Assembly: GCA_045601885.1 (NCBI GenBank)
Contig: JAZSAN010000005.1
Span: 21,851-85,850, forward strand
Reading direction: 5' to 3'
Length of the DNA: 64,000 nucleotides
Origin: Acutalibacteraceae bacterium
GTDB taxonomy: Bacteria; Bacillota; Clostridia; Oscillospirales; Acutalibacteraceae
Part shown: one piece after another, positions 45,762-54,629 of the stretch
Position numbering within the stretch: the stretch's first letter is position 1
Layout of the letters: the number at the start of each line of letters is the position of its first letter
Translations under genes and position numbers: made by a program
The notes under the pieces: generated by a model
Databases searched by the model: none
Told to the model about the DNA's origin: nothing
What the model saw: only the letters and a program-made list of their open reading frames with translations

Positions 45762-47042
45762 TTAGAGTGTTTTTGCCCATTCATCAATGTCAACCATTTT
45801 ACCGCCGTTGAGACGAGAATATTCTGCGCCATACGCGTGCAAATGATTAAGATAGGATGTGCGAACATCGCAAATTGACTTTGTAACTTCTTCGCCGTTG
45901 CAAGCAGCAAGCAACTCATCCATAATTGCATAGTCGCCGCCGCCATGTCCGCCTGCGATACTGTCATCAAGCAATTCAACCTGTACAGTTGTCCATTCCT
46001 GTGTTGCAAAGGAATAAACCTTAATTGTGGCTTGATGCATACTTGCTTCAATAAATCCATCTGTACCATAAATTCTTGTATATCTGTCACCGGGAGTGAA
46101 AGGAACCATGGTGAGTGTTACAGTGATGCCATCTTCATATTCCATATTAACAATCTGACGGTCAACAATGTTCTGGCCGCAATTGTAAATACACAAACCA
46201 AATTCAGTATCTCTCATTGCTTGCATTACTTGCTCGTCAGTTGGCGGGAAAATTGTGTTTGCAGCAGCACGTCTCCACATATCATTAACCGGGTCATTGG
46301 GGTTAAAGTAAAACTTCATAGCATTATAATAGCAGGTATCACCATGAGGACAACCATCAATACAACGCTCAGGTGCGCCCTCAGGTTTGTTTTCAGGAGT
46401 CAACACATTATATGTACCAAAAGACTGTACCTTTTTACACTGCTTACCAACAATCCACTGAAGAATATCAAAGTCATGACAAGTCTTAGCAACAATCATA
46501 GGACATGCAAAATCAGTATGGCGCCATTTACCTCTTACAAAGCTGTGCATATAGTTTGGAAGTCCAACATCTTCATAGTGAGAAACAGACACGATATTTC
46601 CAACTGCTCCGTCATCAACAAGATCTTTTAGTGCTTTATAGAACTTTGTGAAGCGAAGAACATGACAAACGATTACCTTAACGCCCTTTCTTTCCGCTGC
46701 TTCAGCAATTCCCTTACACTCACTTGCGGTGAAAGCCATGGGTTTTTCGAGCAAGAGATGATAACCTTTTTCAATCATTGCCAAAGAAGGCTCATAGTGC
46801 TGATCATCCTGTGTTGCAATAATTGCAATATCAGCCAACTTCTCTTCCTTTGCCAAATCACGCCAATCTAAATAAAATTGGTCATCGGTAAGATTATGCA
46901 ATTTTTTTGCGCTCTCACGTTTGATTTCTTGAGGGTCAGCAACTGCAACAATTTCCAATTTTTCAGGAAAATTAACTGCATACTCAGCATAGGTTGCACC
47001 TCTGCCGCCATAACCTATAACTACTGCTGTCATTTTTTTCAT
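45762..47042 (-). CDS. Gfo/Idh/MocA-family oxidoreductase
   Basis: N-terminal Rossmann motif (VVIGYGGRG) and EKP motif (LLEKPMA). AGGGAG-8nt-ATG at 47042. Confidence 0.8.
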   Translation of the reverse strand: MKKMTAVVIGYGGRGATYAEYAVNFPEKLEIVAVADPQEIKRESAKKLHNLTDDQFYLDWRDLAKEEKLADIAIIATQDDQHYEPSLAMIEKGYHLLLEKPMAFTASECKGIAEAAERKGVKVIVCHVLRFTKFYKALKDLVDDGAVGNIVSVSHYEDVGLPNYMHSFVRGKWRHTDFACPMIVAKTCHDFDILQWIVGKQCKKVQSFGTYNVLTPENKPEGAPERCIDGCPHGDTCYYNAMKFYFNPNDPVNDMWRRAAANTIFPPTDEQVMQAMRDTEFGLCIYNCGQNIVDRQIVNMEYEDGITVTLTMVPFTPGDRYTRIYGTDGFIEASMHQATIKVYSFATQEWTTVQVELLDDSIAGGHGGGDYAIMDELLAACNGEEVTKSICDVRTSYLNHLHAYGAEYSRLNGGKMVDIDEWAKTL

Positions 47043-47111
47043 AATTAACACTCCCTAAGGAATAATATATAATGGCTAAAGCCAAAATTTAACATAAATT
47101 TTTGCAGGAAA

Positions 47112-47243
47112 TTAAAGTCCCTGCCACGGGTTATAATCGCCTTCGTCCTCATCACGTTTAATTTCCGAAAGGTCCATAATTTTGTAATTCAGTTCAAATA
47201 AAAGTTTTTCTAATTCAGGTGAATTATATTCTTTTTTCTGCAT
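47112..47243 (-). CDS. Small hypothetical protein (43 aa), not in the ORF track
   Basis: AAGGAGG-5nt-ATG start. Translation is MQKKEYNSPELEKLLFELNYKIMDLSEIKRDEDEGDYNPWQGL. Confidence 0.35.
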   Translation of the reverse strand: MQKKEYNSPELEKLLFELNYKIMDLSEIKRDEDEGDYNPWQGL

Positions 47244-47463
47244 AATGCAACCTCCTTATTATACAAGAAAAATGTAACATATATTATATATAAAGTCAAG
47301 TGATAATTAATTAATAATTAAAATATAAAACAAATTTTTCAACCAAGTTCATTATATTTTGAAAATTTAAAAATGTAAATGCAAAAAAAGTATATAAAAT
47401 ACAAAAAACTTTTTGAAATTTTATTTGCAATAATATACTTATTTTAAGCATTATTCAAAAAAA

Positions 47464-48819
47464 CTAAAATGTTCTCAAACCTTTGGGATAATGGTTTTTG
47501 GCGACCGAATTTACAACCTTTGCGCCGCCCAAAGCACAGCCTTCGACCATCACAACCGCCCAGCCGTTTTGACAATTGCAACTTATTTCTTCGCCGTGAA
47601 GATATTTTTGCAATTGCTCACTATCACTCGAAAGTTCAATTTTCCTCTTGAAATTTTTACCCAAAGACATAAAAAACTGATGGTGAGGCTGAATATAGTT
47701 TTTTCGCACTTCTCCTATTGTAACTCCGCAAGAAAAAGCCATTCCGTCTTTAATTTTAAAATTGGGTGTGAAATATACAGGGTTACCGTTATATATTCTT
47801 ACCTTTTCTTTATCGTAATCCAGCAAAACATCATCCAAAAACTCAAATACTGTATTGTCAATTTTTGTGTCTGCTTCGGCTTTTGCTGACGTAAATGAAA
47901 CGGCAGGATTTGTGTTATGCAAAACCGCCATAAACTGTCCTTCACCTTTTGCCTTGTGCGGATAAAAACGCCTTGCGTAATGGATATTGTTGCATTTGCA
48001 TCCATCAAAAAATACTCCGTCTGAAGTATATTTTCTGACAGATTCCTTCACAGGTACAATTTCAAATTCGGGGTGATTTTGCAAAAATAAGTCAATTACT
48101 TTTTCGTTTTCTTCTAAGGAAAAAGTACAGGTGGCATAAATAATATAACCGTCATTTTTAAGACATTGTACTGCATTTTCTAAAATTTCAGTTTGTCGCT
48201 CTGCACATTTTTTTACATTTTCAAGGTCCCACTCGGTAATTGCGATTTCCTCTTTTCTAAACATACCTTCGCCTGAGCACGGTGCATCAACCATTATCAA
48301 ATCAAAGGTTTCGGAGAAATTTTTTGCTAACTTTTGTGTGTCCATACAGGTTGTAACGGTATTCAAAAGTCCTAGTCTTTCAATATTACCCGTGAGAATT
48401 TTGCAGCGTGAAGGAATAATTTCGTTGGAAACAAGCAAACCGTTTTCGTTTAGTTTATTTTTTATCTGAGTGCTTTTCCCACCGGGCGCGGCGCACATAT
48501 CAAGCACCTTCCACTCAGGGTTTATATCAATACATTCTGCGGGCGCCATAGCGGCAGGTTCTTGAACATAAATCATTCCGGCATGATGGAACGGGTGATT
48601 GCCCACCTTTTCGAAATTTAAATAGTAACCATTTTCAACATAAGGAATTTTTTCGTCAGAAAATATATTAATTTTTTCAAAATCTTCTATCGAAATTTTA
48701 TCCGTATTAACCCTGAACGCTTTCACAGGCGGCATATTTAGCGCTTTTTCATATTCGACATATTCGTCTTTTAAAAGTGTCTTCATTCTTTCGGTAAATT
48801 GTGTTGGCAGCTGTTTCAT
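47464..48819 (-). CDS. rsmF: RsmB/RsmF-family 16S rRNA m5C methyltransferase
   Basis: DMCAAPGGKST and DAPCSGEGMFRK motifs. Confidence 0.85.
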   Translation of the reverse strand: MKQLPTQFTERMKTLLKDEYVEYEKALNMPPVKAFRVNTDKISIEDFEKINIFSDEKIPYVENGYYLNFEKVGNHPFHHAGMIYVQEPAAMAPAECIDINPEWKVLDMCAAPGGKSTQIKNKLNENGLLVSNEIIPSRCKILTGNIERLGLLNTVTTCMDTQKLAKNFSETFDLIMVDAPCSGEGMFRKEEIAITEWDLENVKKCAERQTEILENAVQCLKNDGYIIYATCTFSLEENEKVIDLFLQNHPEFEIVPVKESVRKYTSDGVFFDGCKCNNIHYARRFYPHKAKGEGQFMAVLHNTNPAVSFTSAKAEADTKIDNTVFEFLDDVLLDYDKEKVRIYNGNPVYFTPNFKIKDGMAFSCGVTIGEVRKNYIQPHHQFFMSLGKNFKRKIELSSDSEQLQKYLHGEEISCNCQNGWAVVMVEGCALGGAKVVNSVAKNHYPKGLRTF

Positions 48820-48823
48820 AAAT

Positions 48824-49570
48824 TTAATCCTTCTGATTCATTTCGGTGTTTAACATACACATTGCAACGGCAGTAACAGCGGCAGTTTCGGTACGCAAAA
48901 TTCGTTTTCCGAGCGAGATAACCTTGCCGCCAATTTCCCTCGCAAATTTTATTTCATCTTCATCAAAACCGCCTTCAGAACCTATTAAAATACCAACGGA
49001 TTTGTAGTCTTTCAAACTATCAAGCACCTGCTTTGTTGCCTTCATTCCCTCTTCATTCTCATAAGGAACAATCAACAAATCAAGTTCCCCTGCCATTTTT
49101 AGTGCTTGGTTATAGGCTAAAACATCAAAAACCTTAGGTATGTAATTTCTTTTACTCTGTTTTGCGGCACTTTCGGAAATTGCCTGCCAACGCGCAACCT
49201 TTGATTTCTTTTTCTTGTCATCAAGCTTTACAACGCATCGGCTCATTTCGGTGGGCACAATAGCATATACACCAAGTTCAACCGATTTTTGAATTATTAA
49301 CTCCATTTTGTCGCCCTTCGGAAGACCTTGAAATAAATAAATGTTCAAAGGAAGCTCGGTATTTTGATAATTTTCTTCTATAATCAACGCCGTAACAGTT
49401 TCACTGTCAAAGCCCTCAATTTTGCACAAATCGCTCTTGCCCTCGGTACTGACGAGAAAGGTGTCACCAACATCCATTCGCAATACGTTAATTATATGAT
49501 TATAATCAGCCCCTGTAATGAAATAACGACTGTCAAATTTTTGCGATTTATCAACAAAAAAATTATGCAT
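48824..49570 (-). CDS. rsmE: 16S rRNA (uracil1498-N3)-methyltransferase
   Basis: MHNFFV start, PUA-like N-terminus, and a SPOUT knot (IGSEGGF...LGKRILRTETA). Confidence 0.85.
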   Translation of the reverse strand: MHNFFVDKSQKFDSRYFITGADYNHIINVLRMDVGDTFLVSTEGKSDLCKIEGFDSETVTALIIEENYQNTELPLNIYLFQGLPKGDKMELIIQKSVELGVYAIVPTEMSRCVVKLDDKKKKSKVARWQAISESAAKQSKRNYIPKVFDVLAYNQALKMAGELDLLIVPYENEEGMKATKQVLDSLKDYKSVGILIGSEGGFDEDEIKFAREIGGKVISLGKRILRTETAAVTAVAMCMLNTEMNQKD

Positions 49571-49679
49571 ACAATCACTTCCCTTTTGGCTAATTATAGC
49601 AAAAAACATCTATAAAATCAACACGAATAAAGTTCATATTTATAAACAAAAAAGCAGATATCCCATTGATATCTGCTTT

Positions 49680-49698
49680 TTCTTTGGCGCGCTGAAAG
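49680..49698. repeat. 19-bp direct repeat (copy 1) of the tRNA-Arg 3' end and its flank
   Basis: TTCTTTGGCGCGCTGAAAG is identical to 49846-49864. Confidence 0.8.
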
Positions 49699-49850
49699 AC
49701 GAGCGTTCTTGAAAACAGTCCAGTGGACTGTTTTCATAGCGAGAGTCCCTTCCAAGAAGTCGAGTCAAAGACGATGACTGATTGGCATATATTGAAATTT
49801 TTATCAAACAAAAAAAGAACAGAACATATCTTGCGACACATCCTGTTCTT

Positions 49851-49900
49851 TGGCGCGCTGAAAGGGACTCGAACCCCCGACCCTCTGCTTAGAAGGCAGA
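49851..49900 (-). pseudogene. Displaced 3' fragment of tRNA-Arg(UCU) (anticodon arm to CCA): prophage attachment-site junction
   Basis: The reverse complement reads TCTGC-CTTCTAA-GCAGA-GGGTC-GGGGG-TTCGAGT-CCCTT-TCAGCGC-G-CCA. No acceptor 5' strand or D-arm follows on the 5' side. Confidence 0.75.
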
Positions 49901-49979
49901 TAAGGTTTTTTCTAAGAATGGCTTAACTAAGCCAAAAACAAAGGGTCTAAATTTTATAATACACACATTATACACACAT

Positions 49980-50207
49980 TTACATTAAAACTTGTTTTCC
50001 TTGATTCATTTTTAACCAATGTAAAAGTGCAGTTTTTTCAACTATAAGTTTTGAATTTAACCTTATGCTTGGGAAACCTTTGGTGTTCATAATTTGATAC
50101 GCTTGTTGTTTTCCGCACCTAAAAATTCGTTGTATGTCATTTGTATTATAAATTATAGGTTCATTGTTGTCAATATCTTTCAGCGTTTCATTGAACGCAT
50201 TTTTCAT
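49980..50207 (-). CDS. Excisionase-family (HTH_17-like) DNA-binding protein
   Basis: DIQRIFRCGKQQAYQIMNTKGFPSIRLNSKLIVEKTALLHWL. It is the first gene inside the att junction. Confidence 0.5.
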   Translation of the reverse strand: MKNAFNETLKDIDNNEPIIYNTNDIQRIFRCGKQQAYQIMNTKGFPSIRLNSKLIVEKTALLHWLKMNQGKQVLM

Positions 50208-50758
50208 TAAATTTTATTTAGCTCCTCTATTAATTTTACTATTTCGTTCCAATCATGAACTCTATGAATCATATTAGTCAACTTAGACTTATCTACATTT
50301 CTATTCCAAGGCTTATCGAATAACACTTTTATATAGCTTCCATGATACAAATTGTGAAGCCCGTCATCTACGAGGACATCACCTTTAACAAGTGATTTGT
50401 TGTTTGCAACAATAACATGAGACCAAGGGATTTCAGGCAATTCTCTTTGTAACCATTCTGCTTTCCACTTAATCGTATCTGGGTGAGCAGAAGTAACTAT
50501 GTATATTTCGTGACCTTGAGATAAAAACTTTTGTATTCCCTCTTTGGCATTCGGCATAATTTTAACACCGTTCCAAAACGTCTGAAGGTGCAAAGGATTA
50601 TAAATCTCATCTTCTGTCAGAGTAGGAAATGCTTTTCGCATATCCCACTCATTAACATCTTCAAAGTTTACAGAAGTTCCGTATACACAATTTAGAGTAT
50701 TAACCCAATGATGTGTCATTGTATTTATTACTTCATCAAAATCAAGTAAAATCTTCAT
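50207..50758 (-). CDS. 5'(3')-deoxyribonucleotidase (NT5C/HAD family)
   Basis: N-terminal LLDFDEV (DxD), size and pattern match SPbeta YorS-type enzymes. Confidence 0.7.
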   Translation of the reverse strand: MKILLDFDEVINTMTHHWVNTLNCVYGTSVNFEDVNEWDMRKAFPTLTEDEIYNPLHLQTFWNGVKIMPNAKEGIQKFLSQGHEIYIVTSAHPDTIKWKAEWLQRELPEIPWSHVIVANNKSLVKGDVLVDDGLHNLYHGSYIKVLFDKPWNRNVDKSKLTNMIHRVHDWNEIVKLIEELNKI

Positions 50759-50763
50759 TTTAT

Positions 50764-51300
50764 TTAACCTCTATATAAATTTTCTTTAATCCATTCGTCA
50801 ATTTTAATTTGAAGCTCATCTATAGAACCCTCGTTATAAATATAAAAGTCTGGACTTACATTGTCTAATGCAGTTTCAGATGGATGATTTTTTTGTTCTT
50901 CTGTTAAAGAACTTTCAAAATTTGGACGAATAACTCTGATGTGTGTGACATCAAAACCGTTAGAAAGTAATTTATCAATCTCGTTAGGAAAACGTGTATC
51001 AGGAATGAGAACATAATCCCAATTTTCATTAAAATATGTTAATACCGACGATACAAAATCAACCCAAAAATCAGGTGCTTGTTTGCGAATAATATCTGTT
51101 CCAACATACTGTAAAATATGTCTTCCGTTTTCATCCTTATTACCGTCCCAATCAAAGAATGTACGGCACATATATTTAAGCAAGTCAGCATAGTGCGTTA
51201 CAAGAACGCTATTGCCGTCTGCTTTAAGGCTATCTCTTAATAATCCGGCAACGGTATCTTTACCGTTTTGTGCGTAGCCTGAAATAGCAAGTATTCTCAT
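50764..51300 (-). CDS. Deoxynucleoside monophosphate kinase (phage type)
   Basis: P-loop SGYAQNGKDT, as in T4 gp1-like dNMP kinases. Confidence 0.65.
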   Translation of the reverse strand: MRILAISGYAQNGKDTVAGLLRDSLKADGNSVLVTHYADLLKYMCRTFFDWDGNKDENGRHILQYVGTDIIRKQAPDFWVDFVSSVLTYFNENWDYVLIPDTRFPNEIDKLLSNGFDVTHIRVIRPNFESSLTEEQKNHPSETALDNVSPDFYIYNEGSIDELQIKIDEWIKENLYRG

Positions 51301-51313
51301 TTAATTCCTCCTT

Positions 51314-52015
51314 TTATGATTCACACATATCCTTGTAGTTATGATAATCTTCAAATATTTCTTCTAATCGAGGATGCTTACCACAACTACGAGACTTCGA
51401 CTCATTGCAAAATCCGAACTGTTTACCATATTTTTCACACTTGGGTACGAGGTAGTCTGCCAGCAAAGGAATTTCCTTAATGACTGCATCTCTCATTTTT
51501 GTCGCCATTTCACGTATTTCAGTTTGTGCACAGGAACATAAGCGCTCGTTCATAAAATTCATAAGTGAGCGAAGATTCATTTTTACTTCAATTGCAGTAG
51601 TGCAAGCATTGGGCAATATCATGCGAGCATCTTCGTTAGAAATACCGATTTCTTGCAATGATTTATATGCATTTTTAATTTTACGAATCGTCGCACCGTA
51701 AACCTCCCAAGCCTCTTTATTGGTGTATATCTTATCTGGAGTTATATATTCAAATCCGTCTTCACTACAATATCTCTGTGAACGCTGTGCATAACTAGCT
51801 ATTCTATGCCTTACCAACTGATGCGATAACGCTCTACTAACTCCTTCAATATGAAAAGTAAAATCACAAAATTCAGTTACACTTGTGTGTCCTGATTTGA
51901 TGCAACGATTCATAATCTTCCCATCACCAGTTGCTTCGCTATTATAACAATTACTTGCTGCTTCTTCGATAGCAAGTATCGGGTCTTTTGTAATTCTTGT
52001 TAATTCAACTTTCAA
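51314..52015 (-). CDS. thyX: FAD-dependent thymidylate synthase ThyX
   Basis: ThyX signature QLVRHRIASYAQRSQRY. TTG start 7 nt after AAGGAGA. Confidence 0.95.
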   Translation of the reverse strand: MKVELTRITKDPILAIEEAASNCYNSEATGDGKIMNRCIKSGHTSVTEFCDFTFHIEGVSRALSHQLVRHRIASYAQRSQRYCSEDGFEYITPDKIYTNKEAWEVYGATIRKIKNAYKSLQEIGISNEDARMILPNACTTAIEVKMNLRSLMNFMNERLCSCAQTEIREMATKMRDAVIKEIPLLADYLVPKCEKYGKQFGFCNESKSRSCGKHPRLEEIFEDYHNYKDMCES

Positions 52016-52206
52016 TAATCTATCTCCTTAATTCCATAATAATCTTTTGCACAATCTTCGGAACAAAACTTATTTCCGTCATCGTCAGTCCAAATTTCAT
52101 ATTCTTCGTATAAATCTTCTCCACATTTATCACACGTTCCTATTTTATGGTATTCACAATTAGGACACTGTGGATGACAAGGGTATTGTCGGCAAATATC
52201 ACACAT
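52012..52206 (-). CDS. Small Zn-ribbon protein (64 aa)
   Basis: CDICRQYPCHPQCPNC...CDKCG...C..C. It overlaps both neighbouring genes. Confidence 0.5.
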   Translation of the reverse strand: MCDICRQYPCHPQCPNCEYHKIGTCDKCGEDLYEEYEIWTDDDGNKFCSEDCAKDYYGIKEIDY

Positions 52207-52705
52207 CTTCTAATACCACCCATACATTTAATTTTTGCTTATTATATGGCATAGGAGAGTTGTGACAATCAGAAATATAAATATCAAGTTTATTGCCCTT
52301 GATTGCTCCGCCTCTATCTTGAACTGTTCTCCAGCCTATTCCCTCTATGTATATTTTACTTCCCATTGGAAATACAGATGTATCTGCTGCTACAGTAACG
52401 CCTTCTTGAACTTTTGCGCCACTTGCAGTTATGCCATTTGTTTTACCACAGCACTTATAACAACTATCATAATAGGTGATTTCAAATTCTCCGCAGTAAC
52501 CAAATAAATATGCTTTTAACACTTCCATATCGCCATTAAGACGAGCAACTTCTTTAGTTAGTTGATTTATCTCTATTGCTTGGTCTATAATATTATCTTG
52601 TGCAACGCTTAATTCTTTAGAATTATCTATACATAAATTACCGAATATAATTGATAAAAGCAAAGTTGTTGCTATAATTATTGTTTTTATTTTTGAAATA
52701 CTGAT
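52199..52705 (-). CDS. 3D-domain (MltA/YorM/YocH-like) protein with an N-terminal membrane anchor; start probably non-canonical
   Basis: 3D motif VAADTSVFPMGSKIYIEGIGWRTVQDRGGAIKGNKLDIY. The track's TTG start (52663) has no SD and falls inside the hydrophobic helix. AAAGGA-7nt-ATC lies at 52705. Confidence 0.7.
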   Translation of the reverse strand: MSISKIKTIIIATTLLLSIIFGNLCIDNSKELSVAQDNIIDQAIEINQLTKEVARLNGDMEVLKAYLFGYCGEFEITYYDSCYKCCGKTNGITASGAKVQEGVTVAADTSVFPMGSKIYIEGIGWRTVQDRGGAIKGNKLDIYISDCHNSPMPYNKQKLNVWVVLEDV

Positions 52706-52709
52706 ATAA

Positions 52710-54626
52710 TCATCCTTTCATCTTTTCAAATTCTTCTTCGCTAATTATCTTAATGCCGAGTTCTACGGCTTTCTTATATTTACTCGAACCAGACTGTTCA
52801 TTCGTAAGTAAGAAATCTGTCTTTTTAGAAACAGAACTTCCCATTTTTGCACCAAGTCGTTCCAATTCTTCTTGAATAGTTGTGCGAGTATAATAGTTTA
52901 ATGCACCGGTAACAACAACTGTTTTACCTGTAAATGGAGAGTTTACAATCTCTTTCTGTTCATTAGCAATATTTAATTCGTATATAAGTGCTGATATTTC
53001 CATTTGATTTTCTCGTTTCCAACCGAACGTTTGAAAACTTGTAATAACGCTTGGAGTAAAAACAGATGTGTCGCTCATATCTATGTCTAATTCTCCAAAC
53101 TCATTAATTTGACAATACTTAGCAACCTCTTTAGCAGTATTCTTTCCTACCATTGGAATACCAAGAGCACAAATAAATTTAGCCATCGTTGTATTGCGAC
53201 TATCTTGAATGCTCTGCCACAATCTATCCCAAGATTTTTGACCAAAGCCGTCTAACGCAATAATTTCATTCTTATATTGTATCAAACGATAAATATCAGA
53301 AAACTTATTTATCCAACCCTTTAAAATAAACTTTTCAAGCGTTGCTTCAGAGAGGCCTTGGATGTCCATTCCATCTTTTGAAACAAAATGAACAAACTTA
53401 TCAAGTATTTTTGCAGGGCAGTGCTCGTTAAGACAGTGCAAAGTCTCACAACCGTTGCTATTACATATCTTTAATTCTGTTGCGCAAGATGTGCATAAAA
53501 GTGGTCTTTTATACGAATTTGTACGAGTTAAGTTATTAGCAACTTTAGGTATAATGTCATTGGCCTTATACATCTCTATCTCGTCACCAATGCCTAATTC
53601 TAATGATTTAATATAGGAAAGATTGTGTAAAGTAGCCTTTGAGATTGTACTACCGCTTATATCAACTTCGTCAAAGATTGCAATAGGATTTACTAAGCCG
53701 GAACGACTTGTGTTCCATTCAATATCTCTTAGAATAGTTGTTGCAGTCTCGTCGTAGAACTTAAAGGCGAGTTGCCCTCTTAAATGATGACTTGTTGCGC
53801 CAAGAGATTCAAGATAATCTACGTCATCAAAAGATACTACAAGTCCGTCAATAGGGTAACTATACTTATCTGCAATTATCTTAAGGAAGTTAATACTTCT
53901 TTCGTCAAATCTATCAAGACGAGGAACAACCGTGAAACCAAGTGTTTCTAACCAATTAAGTCTTTCGCTGAAGGAATTATTCTCATAACCGCTAACAAGT
54001 TTCCAAGCAACGAATTGAATGTGTCGCTGTGCAGCAATTCCACTATCGAGCTGACGTACAGAGCCACTTACAAGGTTGCGAGGATTTTTATATTTCTCAC
54101 CTTCAGGAAGATTTGCATTTATCTTTTCAAAATCTTCGTATGTAATAATCGCTTCACCGTCAACTACCAAATCACCTCTATACGAAATGGTCTGCGGCAA
54201 GTTTGTGAAAACTAAAGCGTTATGTGTTACATCTTCGCCTTCAGTTCCATTACCACGTGTTTCGGCAGATATTAACTTACCCTCAGAATACTTAACACTA
54301 ATTGTCAATCCGTCCATTTTGAGCATTGTGAGGATAGGTTTGTTTCCAATGAATTTTTGCACTTCATCAATACTCTTGGTCTTATCAAGTGAAAGCATTG
54401 GGTGATTATGTTTTACTTTATTTAATTTATCTACAACATCAAATCCAACTGTCATTGTCGGAGAGTTAGCCAACTTAAAGTTGGTTTCACTCTCCAATTT
54501 TTTTAGCTCATCAAAAAGCTCGTCGTATTCGTAGTCGCTCATAGGTGAATTTGAGTTATTGTAATATTCATTACGAGCATTGTTTAAAAGCTCGGTTAAT
54601 TCTTTTATTCTGTTTATCTTTTCCGT
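52710..54626 (-). CDS. NAD-dependent DNA ligase (LigA-type), element-encoded; start probably non-canonical
   Basis: KMDG adenylation motif, OB fold, Zn finger (CTSCATEL...C..C), HhH and BRCT. Ia-domain homology continues 29 codons upstream of the first ATG (54542). Confidence 0.85.
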   Translation of the reverse strand, partial: TEKINRIKELTELLNNARNEYYNNSNSPMSDYEYDELFDELKKLESETNFKLANSPTMTVGFDVVDKLNKVKHNHPMLSLDKTKSIDEVQKFIGNKPILTMLKMDGLTISVKYSEGKLISAETRGNGTEGEDVTHNALVFTNLPQTISYRGDLVVDGEAIITYEDFEKINANLPEGEKYKNPRNLVSGSVRQLDSGIAAQRHIQFVAWKLVSGYENNSFSERLNWLETLGFTVVPRLDRFDERSINFLKIIADKYSYPIDGLVVSFDDVDYLESLGATSHHLRGQLAFKFYDETATTILRDIEWNTSRSGLVNPIAIFDEVDISGSTISKATLHNLSYIKSLELGIGDEIEMYKANDIIPKVANNLTRTNSYKRPLLCTSCATELKICNSNGCETLHCLNEHCPAKILDKFVHFVSKDGMDIQGLSEATLEKFILKGWINKFSDIYRLIQYKNEIIALDGFGQKSWDRLWQSIQDSRNTTMAKFICALGIPMVGKNTAKEVAKYCQINEFGELDIDMSDTSVFTPSVITSFQTFGWKRENQMEISALIYELNIANEQKEIVNSPFTGKTVVVTGALNYYTRTTIQEELERLGAKMGSSVSKKTDFLLTNEQSGSSKYKKAVELGIKIISEEEFEKMKG

Positions 54627-54629
54627 ATT

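Noticed and set aside
49685-49765. A possible second complete tRNA starting from the TGGCGCGCTGAAAG copy.
   Set aside because: The reverse complement has no 5' acceptor strand, no T-loop (GTTCGA-type) and no anticodon arm. Only the last 14 nt match the tRNA.
49723-49926. A 67-aa plus-strand ORF spans the tRNA-Arg fragment.
   Set aside because: It runs through the att remnant and the tRNA fragment, has no SD, and is an artefact of the stop-free tRNA-derived sequence.
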